Origin: Candidatus Aenigmatarchaeota archaeon | GTDB lineage: Archaea; Aenigmatarchaeota; Aenigmatarchaeia; CG10238-14; SCSR01 | Reading direction: 5' to 3' | DNA length: 64,000 nt | Assembly: GCA_039000685.1 (NCBI GenBank) | Contig: JAWBNW010000001.1 | Span: forward strand, 14,655 to 78,654 | Shown here: in pieces, positions 18,138 through 27,061 of the stretch | Numbering within the stretch: the stretch's first letter is position 1 | How the letters are laid out: every line of letters begins with the position of its first letter | Translations under genes and position numbers: made by a program | Notes under the pieces: model-generated | Databases searched by the model: none | What the model was told of the DNA's origin: nothing | What the model saw: only the letters and a program-made list of their open reading frames with translations

Positions 18138-21020
18138 TTACTTGGCTTTCTTTTTTGTCAGCTCTTCCCACTTTTTCTTCAGTTCATCCCAAGTCCTTTT
18201 GACTTCTTCCTCCTCTTTTTTGGTTTGGACTATTGGTTTTTCTTCTTCAACCGGCCAGAACAAGAAAGCCAAAATACCCCCCACAATTGCCCCCACGATT
18301 ACCAAAATTATCCAGATTGGAAAGCCTTTTGTCCAATTACCAGCTATCGCAAAAAGAGAAAGACCAGGAGATATTGCTCTGAACTGATAATATTCTGAAG
18401 TTTCATTAATTTTTATTGTCTGAAGTTTTCTCCAAGTGTTGTTCGAAAGCCTGTAAAGAGCTATTGTGTTAACATCAATATTATTTTCACTTATCCAAGA
18501 CTTTTCGACTTGAAAGTCTATGCTTACGCTTATTACATCACTTTCATTCATGTTTGTTGTCACAATTTCTAGATATTTGTGGACAAGACCCTCTTCTGTT
18601 CTCACAGTCGCAGGAATGTTTTCTGGTTTTACCCCCTCTTTTACAGTCAATGTAGCATTGCTTACATTCTTGCTAACAAAGATTGTTATCTTCACAATTT
18701 TTAGTATATTGGCATTAGGAATTTCAACTACAGCAGGAGATTCTGGAGTAATTGATTGAATTTGAAAGCTGGCATTTATTGGCATGATTAGTGGTGGAAG
18801 TGTAGTTGTAGTAGTTGTGGTGGAAGTTGTAGTTGTGGTTGTAGTAGTTGTAGTAGTTATATTTGGTGTTGGTGGAAGTGTAGTTGTTGTGGTTTCTGGA
18901 GCAGTAATTGTTGTGTCAAAAGATATATTTCTGAACCAAGTGCCAGAAGTTTTATTTATCCATGATGTGCAGCTCCCTTCAGCATCACCAGCAACTATTC
19001 TCCAGGCGATATAGCAACCAGTATAATTGTAAGCTGAAATGTTGAAGAATACTTCTTCTCCAGGGTTTGGATATTTCAAGCAATTACTCAGGTAGAAATA
19101 AGCAGCAGATAAACAAGAACCTTTGGTTAATTTAATCGAAGTGTTTACAGCATCAATAGGACCAAGATTTTTGATGGTGACATTCACATAGCCAGTTGAA
19201 TTTTTATTCAGAGTTGAAGGATAGCTTACTAAGCTCATGTTAAGTCCGGTATCATCGATTGTGAGCAACTTATTTATTGGATCATCTAGACTTTCCCCCC
19301 GATAAATGTCTGAACCGAGTTTGATGTGAACATAATACCTTCCGCCAGGAGTTTTTTGTGGAACTGTTATATTTATTTTTCGATGGGTTCCATTCGAAAC
19401 ATTTGTAAAAGCCAGGGTTCCAGTAGAATAGGAAGCATTTGGTTCATATAGCCACACGCTCATGTTTTGAGTGAAATTGAATGGAAAATCTAAAGGAATA
19501 GAAACACCATCAACATAAGATATATCAAAAACAACACTCACATAGCCTTCCTGAGAGCTAACATTAACACTTTCATTCACCAATTCCACTATTGTTATGT
19601 TAAGGAAATTGGTTAAATTGAGTCTGATTGGAATTTTAAGTTGGCCACCATTTTCACCCAGGTAAATCAAATTTCCTTCATATCTTCCGCTGATGGCATC
19701 TGCAGGTATGGTTAAATTAATTTCTATAGTTTTTGTTGAATTTTCACACCCCACAGCATCGAAAGTTTTGTTTTCGTAGCTTGAAAAGTTCGTGATGATC
19801 CATTTGCTTGGGTTGACGAAAGCTTGTATAAGAAGCTTATATTCTGAAAAATTTACAGTTGTGTTTTTTACTTCAACTCTCCACCACCCAGCTTTTCCCG
19901 CATTATCAACTTCTACAAACTCTTCTTTCTCCAAGTTGCTCATGTTGGCGTTAACATATTTACCAGAAGAACTATTTACAAATTCTCCAGAAGAATTAAA
20001 CAGTGAAATGTTGTAAGCCCCGACACCACTCCAAATCAATCTGACTTTTATCCTTTCAAAAACAGAAGAATTTGGCAAAAAGAAAGTGAAATTTTTTGAA
20101 CCGCTGTCTATGAACTCTTTCAAATAATAAAGTTCAGATTCTTCACTCACACTCTGAATTGAAATATTGCCTTTGTTTGTTAAATTGAAAACCTTTGTGA
20201 TATTGGTTATATTCTGTAAACCGAAATTAATTTCTTCTGGGCTTGAGCCCAAAGCAAAAAGAATAACAGTTCCATTATAAGAAATTTCAGAGCTATGATT
20301 ACCGTAAATTCTTATCTCATAAGTTGAATTAGGGTTGATGAAACTATAGCTAAGTCTTTCTTCGTTTCCACCTTTGTTTATTGATTTTGCTTTCAGTTCA
20401 TTATTAGCCAGTAAGAATAAGTCTACATCTCCAGCATCGAAACTGATGTTCACAGTTATGCTTGTAGCATTTGGCAGGGTAGAGCAATTGAAATAGAAAG
20501 AATGGTATTCTACTGCATTTACAGGAAGAGTGCCGTTGAATTTACCAATCCCTGTAGAGCTATTTATCTCTATAGGCAAATCAACTATAACAGTAATGCT
20601 AACATTTTCACTTGAGTTTGTGATATTCTCAACAAAGAAATTTCCTTTGTATTTTCCAGGCATTCTATCTTGAACAGAAGCAATTATCGTGAAGTTTGAA
20701 AAGTTTGATTCTGAAGTGTTGATTGTGGTGATATTGCTTAAATTGCCGGTATGATTTATTAAAATTAGTTCAATTCCTTCTCCTTGAGAATAGTTTGCGA
20801 TAACAGCGGTACTGTTATTGAAAATTAAGGTGACGTTAAAAGTGGAATTGACAGTTAAATTTGTTTTATAACTATTAGTCCAGTTCAAGTAGATTGTTTC
20901 TGGTTGCAGACTGAATTCTCCACTGGTGCTAGAAACTAAAGCTTTAACAAAAGAGAAAATTGCAAGAGAAAAAATAGTCAAAAGAAGTAAAGTGAAGAAC
21001 CAATTTTTCATGTTTCTCAT
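18138..21020 (-). CDS. Large surface protein (S-layer or adhesin-like, 960 aa) with a Thr-rich linker and a C-terminal TM anchor
   Basis: Signal peptide. More than 40 N-x-S/T sequons. Linker TTTTLPPTPNITTTTTTTTTTTSTTTTTTTLPP. C-terminal TM GFPIWIILVIVGAIVGGILAFLFW followed by a K/E-rich cytoplasmic tail. Confidence 0.6.
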   Translation of the reverse strand: MRNMKNWFFTLLLLTIFSLAIFSFVKALVSSTSGEFSLQPETIYLNWTNSYKTNLTVNSTFNVTLIFNNSTAVIANYSQGEGIELILINHTGNLSNITTINTSESNFSNFTIIASVQDRMPGKYKGNFFVENITNSSENVSITVIVDLPIEINSSTGIGKFNGTLPVNAVEYHSFYFNCSTLPNATSITVNISFDAGDVDLFLLANNELKAKSINKGGNEERLSYSFINPNSTYEIRIYGNHSSEISYNGTVILFALGSSPEEINFGLQNITNITKVFNLTNKGNISIQSVSEESELYYLKEFIDSGSKNFTFFLPNSSVFERIKVRLIWSGVGAYNISLFNSSGEFVNSSSGKYVNANMSNLEKEEFVEVDNAGKAGWWRVEVKNTTVNFSEYKLLIQAFVNPSKWIITNFSSYENKTFDAVGCENSTKTIEINLTIPADAISGRYEGNLIYLGENGGQLKIPIRLNLTNFLNITIVELVNESVNVSSQEGYVSVVFDISYVDGVSIPLDFPFNFTQNMSVWLYEPNASYSTGTLAFTNVSNGTHRKINITVPQKTPGGRYYVHIKLGSDIYRGESLDDPINKLLTIDDTGLNMSLVSYPSTLNKNSTGYVNVTIKNLGPIDAVNTSIKLTKGSCLSAAYFYLSNCLKYPNPGEEVFFNISAYNYTGCYIAWRIVAGDAEGSCTSWINKTSGTWFRNISFDTTITAPETTTTTLPPTPNITTTTTTTTTTTSTTTTTTTLPPLIMPINASFQIQSITPESPAVVEIPNANILKIVKITIFVSKNVSNATLTVKEGVKPENIPATVRTEEGLVHKYLEIVTTNMNESDVISVSIDFQVEKSWISENNIDVNTIALYRLSNNTWRKLQTIKINETSEYYQFRAISPGLSLFAIAGNWTKGFPIWIILVIVGAIVGGILAFLFWPVEEEKPIVQTKKEEEEVKRTWDELKKKWEELTKKKAK
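18781..18900. repeat. Imperfect GTAGTT/GTGGTT-type microsatellite-like tract encoding the Thr-rich linker (minus strand)
   Basis: Plus strand reads ggtggaagtgtagttgtagtagttgtggtggaagttgtagttgtggttgtagtagttgtagtagtt... Confidence 0.6.
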
Positions 21021-21091
21021 TAAAATAATTTCTATTTCTTAGATAAAAAATCTAACCAAAAAGGATTTATTCAAGCTCTTTCTTTTTTAAA

Positions 21092-21688
21092 TTGATGAGA
21101 TTAGCTTGGTTTTTTGTTTTAATGACAATCTTAATTGCTGGGTGTGTGGAGAAAGGGAGCATGTCAAATTTAGAAGGAAAAAAAGTTTTGATGATAGTTG
21201 CACCAGAAAACTTTAGGGATGAAGAATTGCTTAAACCAAAAGAGATTTTGGAAAATGTTAAAGCAGAAGTTAAAATAGCTTCAAAAGGCGTTGCTACAGC
21301 AAGAGGAATGCTTGGTGCAAGCGTAAGTGTTGATCTTGATTTGAGTGAAGTTGAGGTCAAGAGCTATGATGCAGTGATTTTTGTTGGTGGGACAGGGGCT
21401 CAAGTTTACTTTGATGATCCAACAGCTTTGAAAATAGCAAGAGAGGCTTATGAACAAAGAAAAATTGTTGGGGCGATTTGCATAGCTCCTTCCATTCTAG
21501 CTAATGCGGGAATTCTTGAAGGTAAGAAAGCAACTTCTTGGCCAAGCGAAGTGAGCAATTTAGAAGCTAGAGGAGCTAGCTACACAGGAGAACTTGTTAC
21601 TGTGGATGGAAATATAATAACGGCTAAAGGGCCAGAAGCAGCAAGCCAATTTGGCAGAGCTATAGCTGAAGCTTTGGAATTAAATTAA
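21092..21688 (+). CDS. DJ-1/PfpI-family protein with lipoprotein-type signal peptide
   Basis: Lipobox LIAGC. Nucleophile elbow GAICIAP. DAVIFVGGTG motif. Confidence 0.6.
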   Translation: MMRLAWFFVLMTILIAGCVEKGSMSNLEGKKVLMIVAPENFRDEELLKPKEILENVKAEVKIASKGVATARGMLGASVSVDLDLSEVEVKSYDAVIFVGGTGAQVYFDDPTALKIAREAYEQRKIVGAICIAPSILANAGILEGKKATSWPSEVSNLEARGASYTGELVTVDGNIITAKGPEAASQFGRAIAEALELN

Positions 21689-21704
21689 GGGAGATATTTT
21701 AACT

Positions 21705-21926
21705 ATGAGAAAGAAACCTGAAGAATTTAAGAAATTAACAAATGAAAAAAGAGAAAAATCCAGACAATATATTCTGGCTACTATGGCATGGATTATGGCA
21801 TGGATAATAGCAGTTTGGCAAGTTTTACTTTCTAAACTAAATGCTGATACAAATATCTTAATACTGACATTGGTTTTAAACACAATAATCTTCTTTTCTT
21901 TGATTTTTTTCTATTGGAAAGCTTGA
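21705..21926 (+). CDS. Small membrane protein
   Basis: Two hydrophobic helices. Ends 6 nt before the 3' end of the tRNA on the other strand. Confidence 0.3.
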   Translation: MRKKPEEFKKLTNEKREKSRQYILATMAWIMAWIIAVWQVLLSKLNADTNILILTLVLNTIIFFSLIFFYWKA

Positions 21927-21931
21927 AACTA

Positions 21932-22006
21932 TGCCCCCGAGGGGATTTGAACCCCCAACCAACGGCTTAGGAAGCCGCTGCTCTATCCAAGTTGAGCTAC
22001 GAGGGC
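21932..22006 (-). tRNA. tRNA-Arg (anticodon CCT)
   Basis: Minus strand reads GCCCTCG-TA-GCTC-AACTTGGATA-GAGC-A-GCGGC-TTCCTAA-GCCGT-TGGTT-GGGGG-TTCAAAT-CCCCT-CGGGGGC-A. A full cloverleaf folds by hand, with U33, anticodon CCU and A37. CCA is not encoded. Confidence 0.8.
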
Positions 22007-22040
22007 CTCTAAATTTATAAGAGCCATATTAATTTATATT

Positions 22041-23147
22041 ATGCTTTCTGAAAAAGAAATGCAAAAAATTGCTAGAAATGTGATAAGAACAAACTTGGCA
22101 GTTAAAGAAAAAGATGTTACTCTGATTTCTTGTGGCCCCAAATCTTTGAAATTTGCTGAAGCTTTAGCTTTTGAGACAGCAAAAGTTGGAGCCCAACCAA
22201 CAATAACTTACGGAAGCGATGAGCTAAGCTTAAAAATTTACAAAACCATTAAAGTCAAGTTTTTAAAACAATGGCCAAAGCTTGCTGATGTTCTTTCCAA
22301 GCTTGTTGATGTTAAAATTGTCATAGACGATACAAATCCTTTTGCTGCAAGAGAGCTCCCTCAATGGAAAGTTGAGATAAGGAGAAAAACTGTTAAGCCG
22401 ATAAGGGAAAGAGAAGAAGAGAGACAGAGAAAAAAAGAAATGAAAGCTGCTTTAATCGGCTTTCCAACAGAAGAAGAAGCAAAAGCTTTAGGTATACCTT
22501 TTCAAAAGCTAGACAAAATATTCTGGAACGCCATGAAAGTTGATTACGAGAAGCTTTACCAATACAACCAAAAACTCATTCAAAAGTTGAAAAATTCAGA
22601 CAAAGTTAGAATAATAGGCGAGAGGACTGACTTGAAATTTTCAGTTAAAGGAAGAAAGTTCATAAACGCTTGTGGCCTCGTGACAAAAAAAGGTGAGATT
22701 GGCTATCTGAATTTGCCTGATGGCGAAGTTTTCTGTCCTCCAGTTGAGGATTCGGTTGAAGGAGAAATTTATTTTGATTTGCCTTGCATGTGGCATTATG
22801 GAAAACAAGTTGAAGGAGTTTGGTTCAAGTTTGAAAAAGGAAGGCTTGTAGATTACAAGATAGAAAAAGGAAGAGAGAATTTTGAAGATGTTTTTAAACA
22901 TGCTTCTGGTGATAAAGATAGAATAGGAGAATTTGCTATTGGTACAAATCCCAAAGCAAAACCAACAGGAGGAATGATAATTGTAGACGAAAAAGTTAGA
23001 GGGACAATTCATTTTGCTTTAGGGCACAACAAACACTTCGGTGGAAAAAACAATTCAACTCTACATTGGGATTTCTTCAAAGACATGAAGCAAGGAGAAA
23101 TTTATGTTGATGGTGAGCTTTTGATGAAAAATGGAAAGATAGTGTAG
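22041..23147 (+). CDS. Aminopeptidase, M29 (AmpS/aminopeptidase T)-like
   Basis: N-terminal pattern IARNVIRTNLAVKEKDVTLISCGPKSLKFAEALAFETAKVGAQP. C-terminal pattern GTIHFALGHN...HWDFF...IYVDGELLMKNGKI. Both fit the M29 family. Confidence 0.55.
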   Translation: MLSEKEMQKIARNVIRTNLAVKEKDVTLISCGPKSLKFAEALAFETAKVGAQPTITYGSDELSLKIYKTIKVKFLKQWPKLADVLSKLVDVKIVIDDTNPFAARELPQWKVEIRRKTVKPIREREEERQRKKEMKAALIGFPTEEEAKALGIPFQKLDKIFWNAMKVDYEKLYQYNQKLIQKLKNSDKVRIIGERTDLKFSVKGRKFINACGLVTKKGEIGYLNLPDGEVFCPPVEDSVEGEIYFDLPCMWHYGKQVEGVWFKFEKGRLVDYKIEKGRENFEDVFKHASGDKDRIGEFAIGTNPKAKPTGGMIIVDEKVRGTIHFALGHNKHFGGKNNSTLHWDFFKDMKQGEIYVDGELLMKNGKIV

Positions 23148-23150
23148 CTC

Positions 23151-23897
23151 ATGGGGATGATTAAAACTAAAGAAGAAATCAAACTTTTAAAAAAATCTGC
23201 TGAAATTTCAAATTCTTGCATACCATTGATTGAAAGCTTGTTAAAAAAAGAAAAAATTACAGAGAAAGAAATAGCTTCGGCTATCAGAAGAAAAATTTAT
23301 TCTCAAGGGGCAGAGCTTGCTTTCAGGACAATTGTTGCTTGTGGCAAGAGAGCTGCAAGAATCCATGCAAAACCAAGAGCATCAAACAAAATAATTTCTG
23401 GTTTAGGATATGTGGACTTTGGAGCTTCCTATAAAGGCTACAAAACAGATGTCACTGTGCCATTCATAAAGGGAAAAATAAGTAAGAAAGAAGAAAAAAT
23501 GGTCAAGGCAGTTATTCAAGCTTATAACTTAGCTTTTAAATCTTTGAAAGTTGGTCTTCCTTGCTTTCAACTTTTTGAAAAAGTTGATAATTTCTTGAGA
23601 AAACAAGGCTTTGGCATGCAGCATTCCCTTGGTCATGGTGTTGGTTTGAAAATTCATGAGTTACCCACAATTGGAATACCAAAAGAAAAATTGGAGAAAC
23701 TGAATAAAAAGAAGAAAAAGAAACTGGAGAAACTAAAGAAAATAAGATTTCAAGAAAACATGGTCTTCACGATTGAGCCAGCAGTTTATGTTAAAGGGTT
23801 GGGTGGCTGTAGACTTGAAAACACAATTCTTTTAACAAAAAGTGAGCCCGTAAGTATAACGAACTCTAAACTTTTGATAATAAAAAACCAAGTTTGA
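23151..23897 (+). CDS. M24-family metallopeptidase catalytic domain (methionine-aminopeptidase-sized) with a poly-Lys insertion
   Basis: Metal ligand pattern VDFGASYKGYKTDVT, HSLGHGVGLKIHE, MVFTIEP, LENTIL. Insert KLEKLNKKKKKKLEKLKKI. Confidence 0.55.
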   Translation: MGMIKTKEEIKLLKKSAEISNSCIPLIESLLKKEKITEKEIASAIRRKIYSQGAELAFRTIVACGKRAARIHAKPRASNKIISGLGYVDFGASYKGYKTDVTVPFIKGKISKKEEKMVKAVIQAYNLAFKSLKVGLPCFQLFEKVDNFLRKQGFGMQHSLGHGVGLKIHELPTIGIPKEKLEKLNKKKKKKLEKLKKIRFQENMVFTIEPAVYVKGLGGCRLENTILLTKSEPVSITNSKLLIIKNQV

Positions 23898-23954
23898 AAA
23901 AAATCAGAAATAGAAATGAAATAAACTTAAATCTTTAAGTTTTTATAACTAATC

Positions 23955-24338
23955 ATGAACATAATGTTTTGGAAGAAAGAAAAGCCAAAAGAAAAAAAAC
24001 AAATAAGAGAAGAAACCAAAACACTACTAAAAACTGAATGCGAAAAATCTAACAGACCAGATTTATACCAATATCTTCAGTATGTACCCTATTTTCCTGA
24101 TAAATGGAAGAAAGGTCAAGAAACTTCTTATTTTCACTCAGGTTGTCTCACGTTGTATGAGGGTCTTAGGTTAGAAGCACAAAATAATCCAGAAGCAATA
24201 GAAAAGTTTGAGAAGGCAAAACAAGAATTAGGAGAAAGTAGACAAAAAGAGCCAATATACGCTAGAGATGCAGAAGAAATTATTAAAAATTTTGATGATG
24301 TTATAAAAATTCTGAGAAGACTTTGGAAAATAGATTAA
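23955..24338 (+). CDS. Hypothetical protein
   Basis: ORF only. Confidence 0.3.
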   Translation: MNIMFWKKEKPKEKKQIREETKTLLKTECEKSNRPDLYQYLQYVPYFPDKWKKGQETSYFHSGCLTLYEGLRLEAQNNPEAIEKFEKAKQELGESRQKEPIYARDAEEIIKNFDDVIKILRRLWKID

Positions 24339-26134
24339 ATCAAGGCCTTAATCATCTTCTTATTCACCAAAGCTCTGATAATCTCTTTCCCGATTTCTGA
24401 TGCTTTATTGACTTTTATGCTTGCTTTTTTGCCTATGGTGGCAGAAAATAAAAACTCATCTTCAACATAGAAATTTGCAACCTTCCCAACAAGCTTTTTA
24501 TTGAATTTAAACTCTATGCTATTTCCACTTTCGTTGATTTCAAACTCAACTTCTTTTCCTATCGCAGGAACTCTTGGTTCAACTTCTATATGCAAACCAA
24601 GCTTTTTCTCTATTGCCGAGATAGTATTGCCTTCTTTCCCAATCAACCTTGCAATCACATCATTCTCAACCCTTACTATAGCTTGAGTATCAGAAACAAG
24701 CTCAACTTGGGCTCTTGGGTCAAATCTTTCTATCTCTTGCTTTATTCTCTCAGCAGCCAATTTTTTCATTGGAGATACTTCGCTTGCTGTGACAGGGACG
24801 ATTATATTCTCTTCGCCAAAGGTGTAAATTTCATACTCAAGCTTTCCTGTCTCAAAATCTTTTATCTCAACCAATGGTCTTGCCAAGTCAGCTTCCGTCA
24901 TTCCCGTGGGCACTCTTACAGTCAAATTCAACTCGTAAACTTTTTTTACTTCACCCTCTTTTATGAAGATCACCGTGTCAATTATATGTGGGATCATCCC
25001 AAGCTCAGTTCTCATTATAAATCTCTGAATTGCATCTATTGCGTTGCTAGCGTGAACAACACCTATCATCCCAACTCCAGCCAAGCGCATGTCAGAAAAA
25101 ATCTCAAAATCTTTCGTCTTCCTAACTTCGTCATAAACTGAATAATCTGGTCTCACCAGCAGCAAGATATCGGCAGTTTTCTCAAAATCACCTTCCAAAG
25201 GCCCATATTGAGTGATTTCAGGACCAACTTGCAAGTCTTTCGGACTTTCCAAAGTCTTCACTATCTTTCCCTGCTCTTTGTAAAATTCTGCTATGCTGCT
25301 TGCAAAAGTTGTCTTTCCAGAACCTGGAGGACCCGCAATCAAAATTCCTTCTGCCTTTTCCTTCAACCTCTTCATCAACTTTTCAGAAAGCTTGTAATCT
25401 TCAAGATTTAGTTTAACTATCGGTCTCACAATCGTGAGCTCAAGACCATCAGAAAAAGGAGGTCTTGCTATTGCTATTCTATAATCACCGAGTTGCAAGA
25501 CCATTGCTCCAGCTCGGGCTATTTCAACATGACCTTCTTCACTCACCCTCGCCGCTTCCAAAATTTCCTTGATTATTTCTTCTATTTCTTCTGCACTCAA
25601 TTTCTCCTCTCTGATCTTCAAAAGCTCAAATTTCCCAGGCTTCCCTCTTTTCGCAAGTGGTACTACATCTTCTTTCAAATGAACGCTTAAAGTGTCTGGA
25701 GTAAAATACTTCTCAAATTCCAAACCAGTTGTTTTTATTTCTTGTGCTATGTATTCGACAGGAATCCCCTCAGCTTCTGCAACTAATGCTTGAACATAAT
25801 CAGCGGTAAGCAACTTTCCATTTTCAGCTTTTGCCACATCCCTTATCAAGGCATCTATTCTTCCTGCTTTTGCCAGCTTTATTTCTTCTAAGCTTGGTCT
25901 TTCTCCCGTAAACCTTATCTTTATTTTTTTCTCTTCACAAACCTTCCTTATCTTCTTCAATTCATCAAGACCAACAAAACCAACGTCCCTTCCTTTTGAT
26001 GCTTGTGCTTGCAGTTCATCTAAAACAGCTAGAGGTATCACTAGCTCGAAATCTTTCAGCTCATCTCTTTCAAGCATTCGAGTCAAATTTCCATGAATTA
26101 TCACTGAAGTATCGGGAACAATTCTATTTACCAT
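24335..26134 (-). CDS. PIN-domain / PhoH-like ATPase / KH-domain protein (archaeal PilT-N-terminus-type ATPase)
   Basis: N-terminal PIN (IVPDTSVIIHG...D). P-loop ILIAGPPGSGKTTFASSIA. C-terminal KH-like domain (IARLIGKEGNTISAIEKKLGL). Confidence 0.7.
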   Translation of the reverse strand: MVNRIVPDTSVIIHGNLTRMLERDELKDFELVIPLAVLDELQAQASKGRDVGFVGLDELKKIRKVCEEKKIKIRFTGERPSLEEIKLAKAGRIDALIRDVAKAENGKLLTADYVQALVAEAEGIPVEYIAQEIKTTGLEFEKYFTPDTLSVHLKEDVVPLAKRGKPGKFELLKIREEKLSAEEIEEIIKEILEAARVSEEGHVEIARAGAMVLQLGDYRIAIARPPFSDGLELTIVRPIVKLNLEDYKLSEKLMKRLKEKAEGILIAGPPGSGKTTFASSIAEFYKEQGKIVKTLESPKDLQVGPEITQYGPLEGDFEKTADILLLVRPDYSVYDEVRKTKDFEIFSDMRLAGVGMIGVVHASNAIDAIQRFIMRTELGMIPHIIDTVIFIKEGEVKKVYELNLTVRVPTGMTEADLARPLVEIKDFETGKLEYEIYTFGEENIIVPVTASEVSPMKKLAAERIKQEIERFDPRAQVELVSDTQAIVRVENDVIARLIGKEGNTISAIEKKLGLHIEVEPRVPAIGKEVEFEINESGNSIEFKFNKKLVGKVANFYVEDEFLFSATIGKKASIKVNKASEIGKEIIRALVNKKMIKALI

Positions 26135-26303
26135 ATTTTAACCTTGTTTTTCCTTGTTTTAAACCTATACTTTTTTCTTCCAAAATTCTTTTAAATCTTT
26201 CTATCTATTTATTCACCTCTAAATCACGACAAATTCGTTGATTTTAAAACAATATTTGTAGAATAGCAAAATATTTAAAGGTTAAATAATTCTTTTTAAT
26301 CAA

Positions 26304-26430
26304 GATGAACATGAAAATGTGTCCAGAGTGCGGGAGTGACAATCTAAAACACGATTTTGAAGGCTTGATATGTAAAGACTGTGGAACAGTAATAGAGGAA
26401 AGCTTTATTTCAGGTAAAAGAATAATTTAA
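26304..26430 (+). CDS. 42-aa zinc-ribbon mini-protein, similar to the TFB or TFS N-terminal ribbon
   Basis: [39 protein letters not shown]...C.DCG ribbon like the TFB N-terminus. Not in the ORF track because it is under 60 aa. Confidence 0.35.
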
Positions 26431-26449
26431 GTCGGTATTGATTTAAGGT

Positions 26450-27061
26450 TTGGTTAGCGTGAAGAGTGGAAAATTTATAGTTTTTGAAGGGATAGATGGT
26501 GCTGGAAAAACTACACAAATAGCTCTTTTGAGATCTTGGCTCGAACAAAAGAAGATAAAATGTATAACAACAAAAGAACCAACAGAAAATATAACTGGAA
26601 ACATTCTCAAGTTAACAATGCAAATGGAAAAACTCTCACCAATCACAGATGCGTTGCTCTTTGCTGCTGATAGGTCGGAGCATCTAGACAAGAAGATCAA
26701 ACAACAATTGAAAAAGGGAGGAATAATTATATCAGAACGCTACATTTATGCTAATCTTGCATTCCAAACATCTCAGGGTGTGAGCGAAAGATTTATTCGA
26801 AACATAAATGAGTTTGCAATTCAACCAGACTTGGTGATACTGCTTGATGCACCTGCAGAAGTTGCATTGAAGAGGAAGTGGAACTTGCTTTACTACTTAC
26901 CTTCGAAATTCGAGAAGAGCATTGCTTTCAACGAGAAAGTAAGAATGAAATATCTTGAGCTTGCTAAGAAATATGATTTGAAGGTAGTCGATGCTTCTCG
27001 TTCGATAGATGAAGTTTTTGAAGATGTCAAGAAAATAGTGGCAAAAGAACTTAAGCTATGA
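26450..27061 (+). CDS. tmk: Thymidylate kinase
   Basis: FIVFEGIDGAGKTTQ P-loop. DR(S) motif ADRSEH. Lid region. TTG at 26450 or GTG at 26459 as start. Confidence 0.8.
   Translation: MVSVKSGKFIVFEGIDGAGKTTQIALLRSWLEQKKIKCITTKEPTENITGNILKLTMQMEKLSPITDALLFAADRSEHLDKKIKQQLKKGGIIISERYIYANLAFQTSQGVSERFIRNINEFAIQPDLVILLDAPAEVALKRKWNLLYYLPSKFEKSIAFNEKVRMKYLELAKKYDLKVVDASRSIDEVFEDVKKIVAKELKL

Noticed and set aside
18784-19014. 76-aa plus-strand ORF encoding poly-Val (VVVVVVEVVVVVVVVV)
   Set aside because: It is the antisense of the Thr-rich linker repeat inside the 960-aa surface-protein gene. It is a low-complexity artefact and not a gene.
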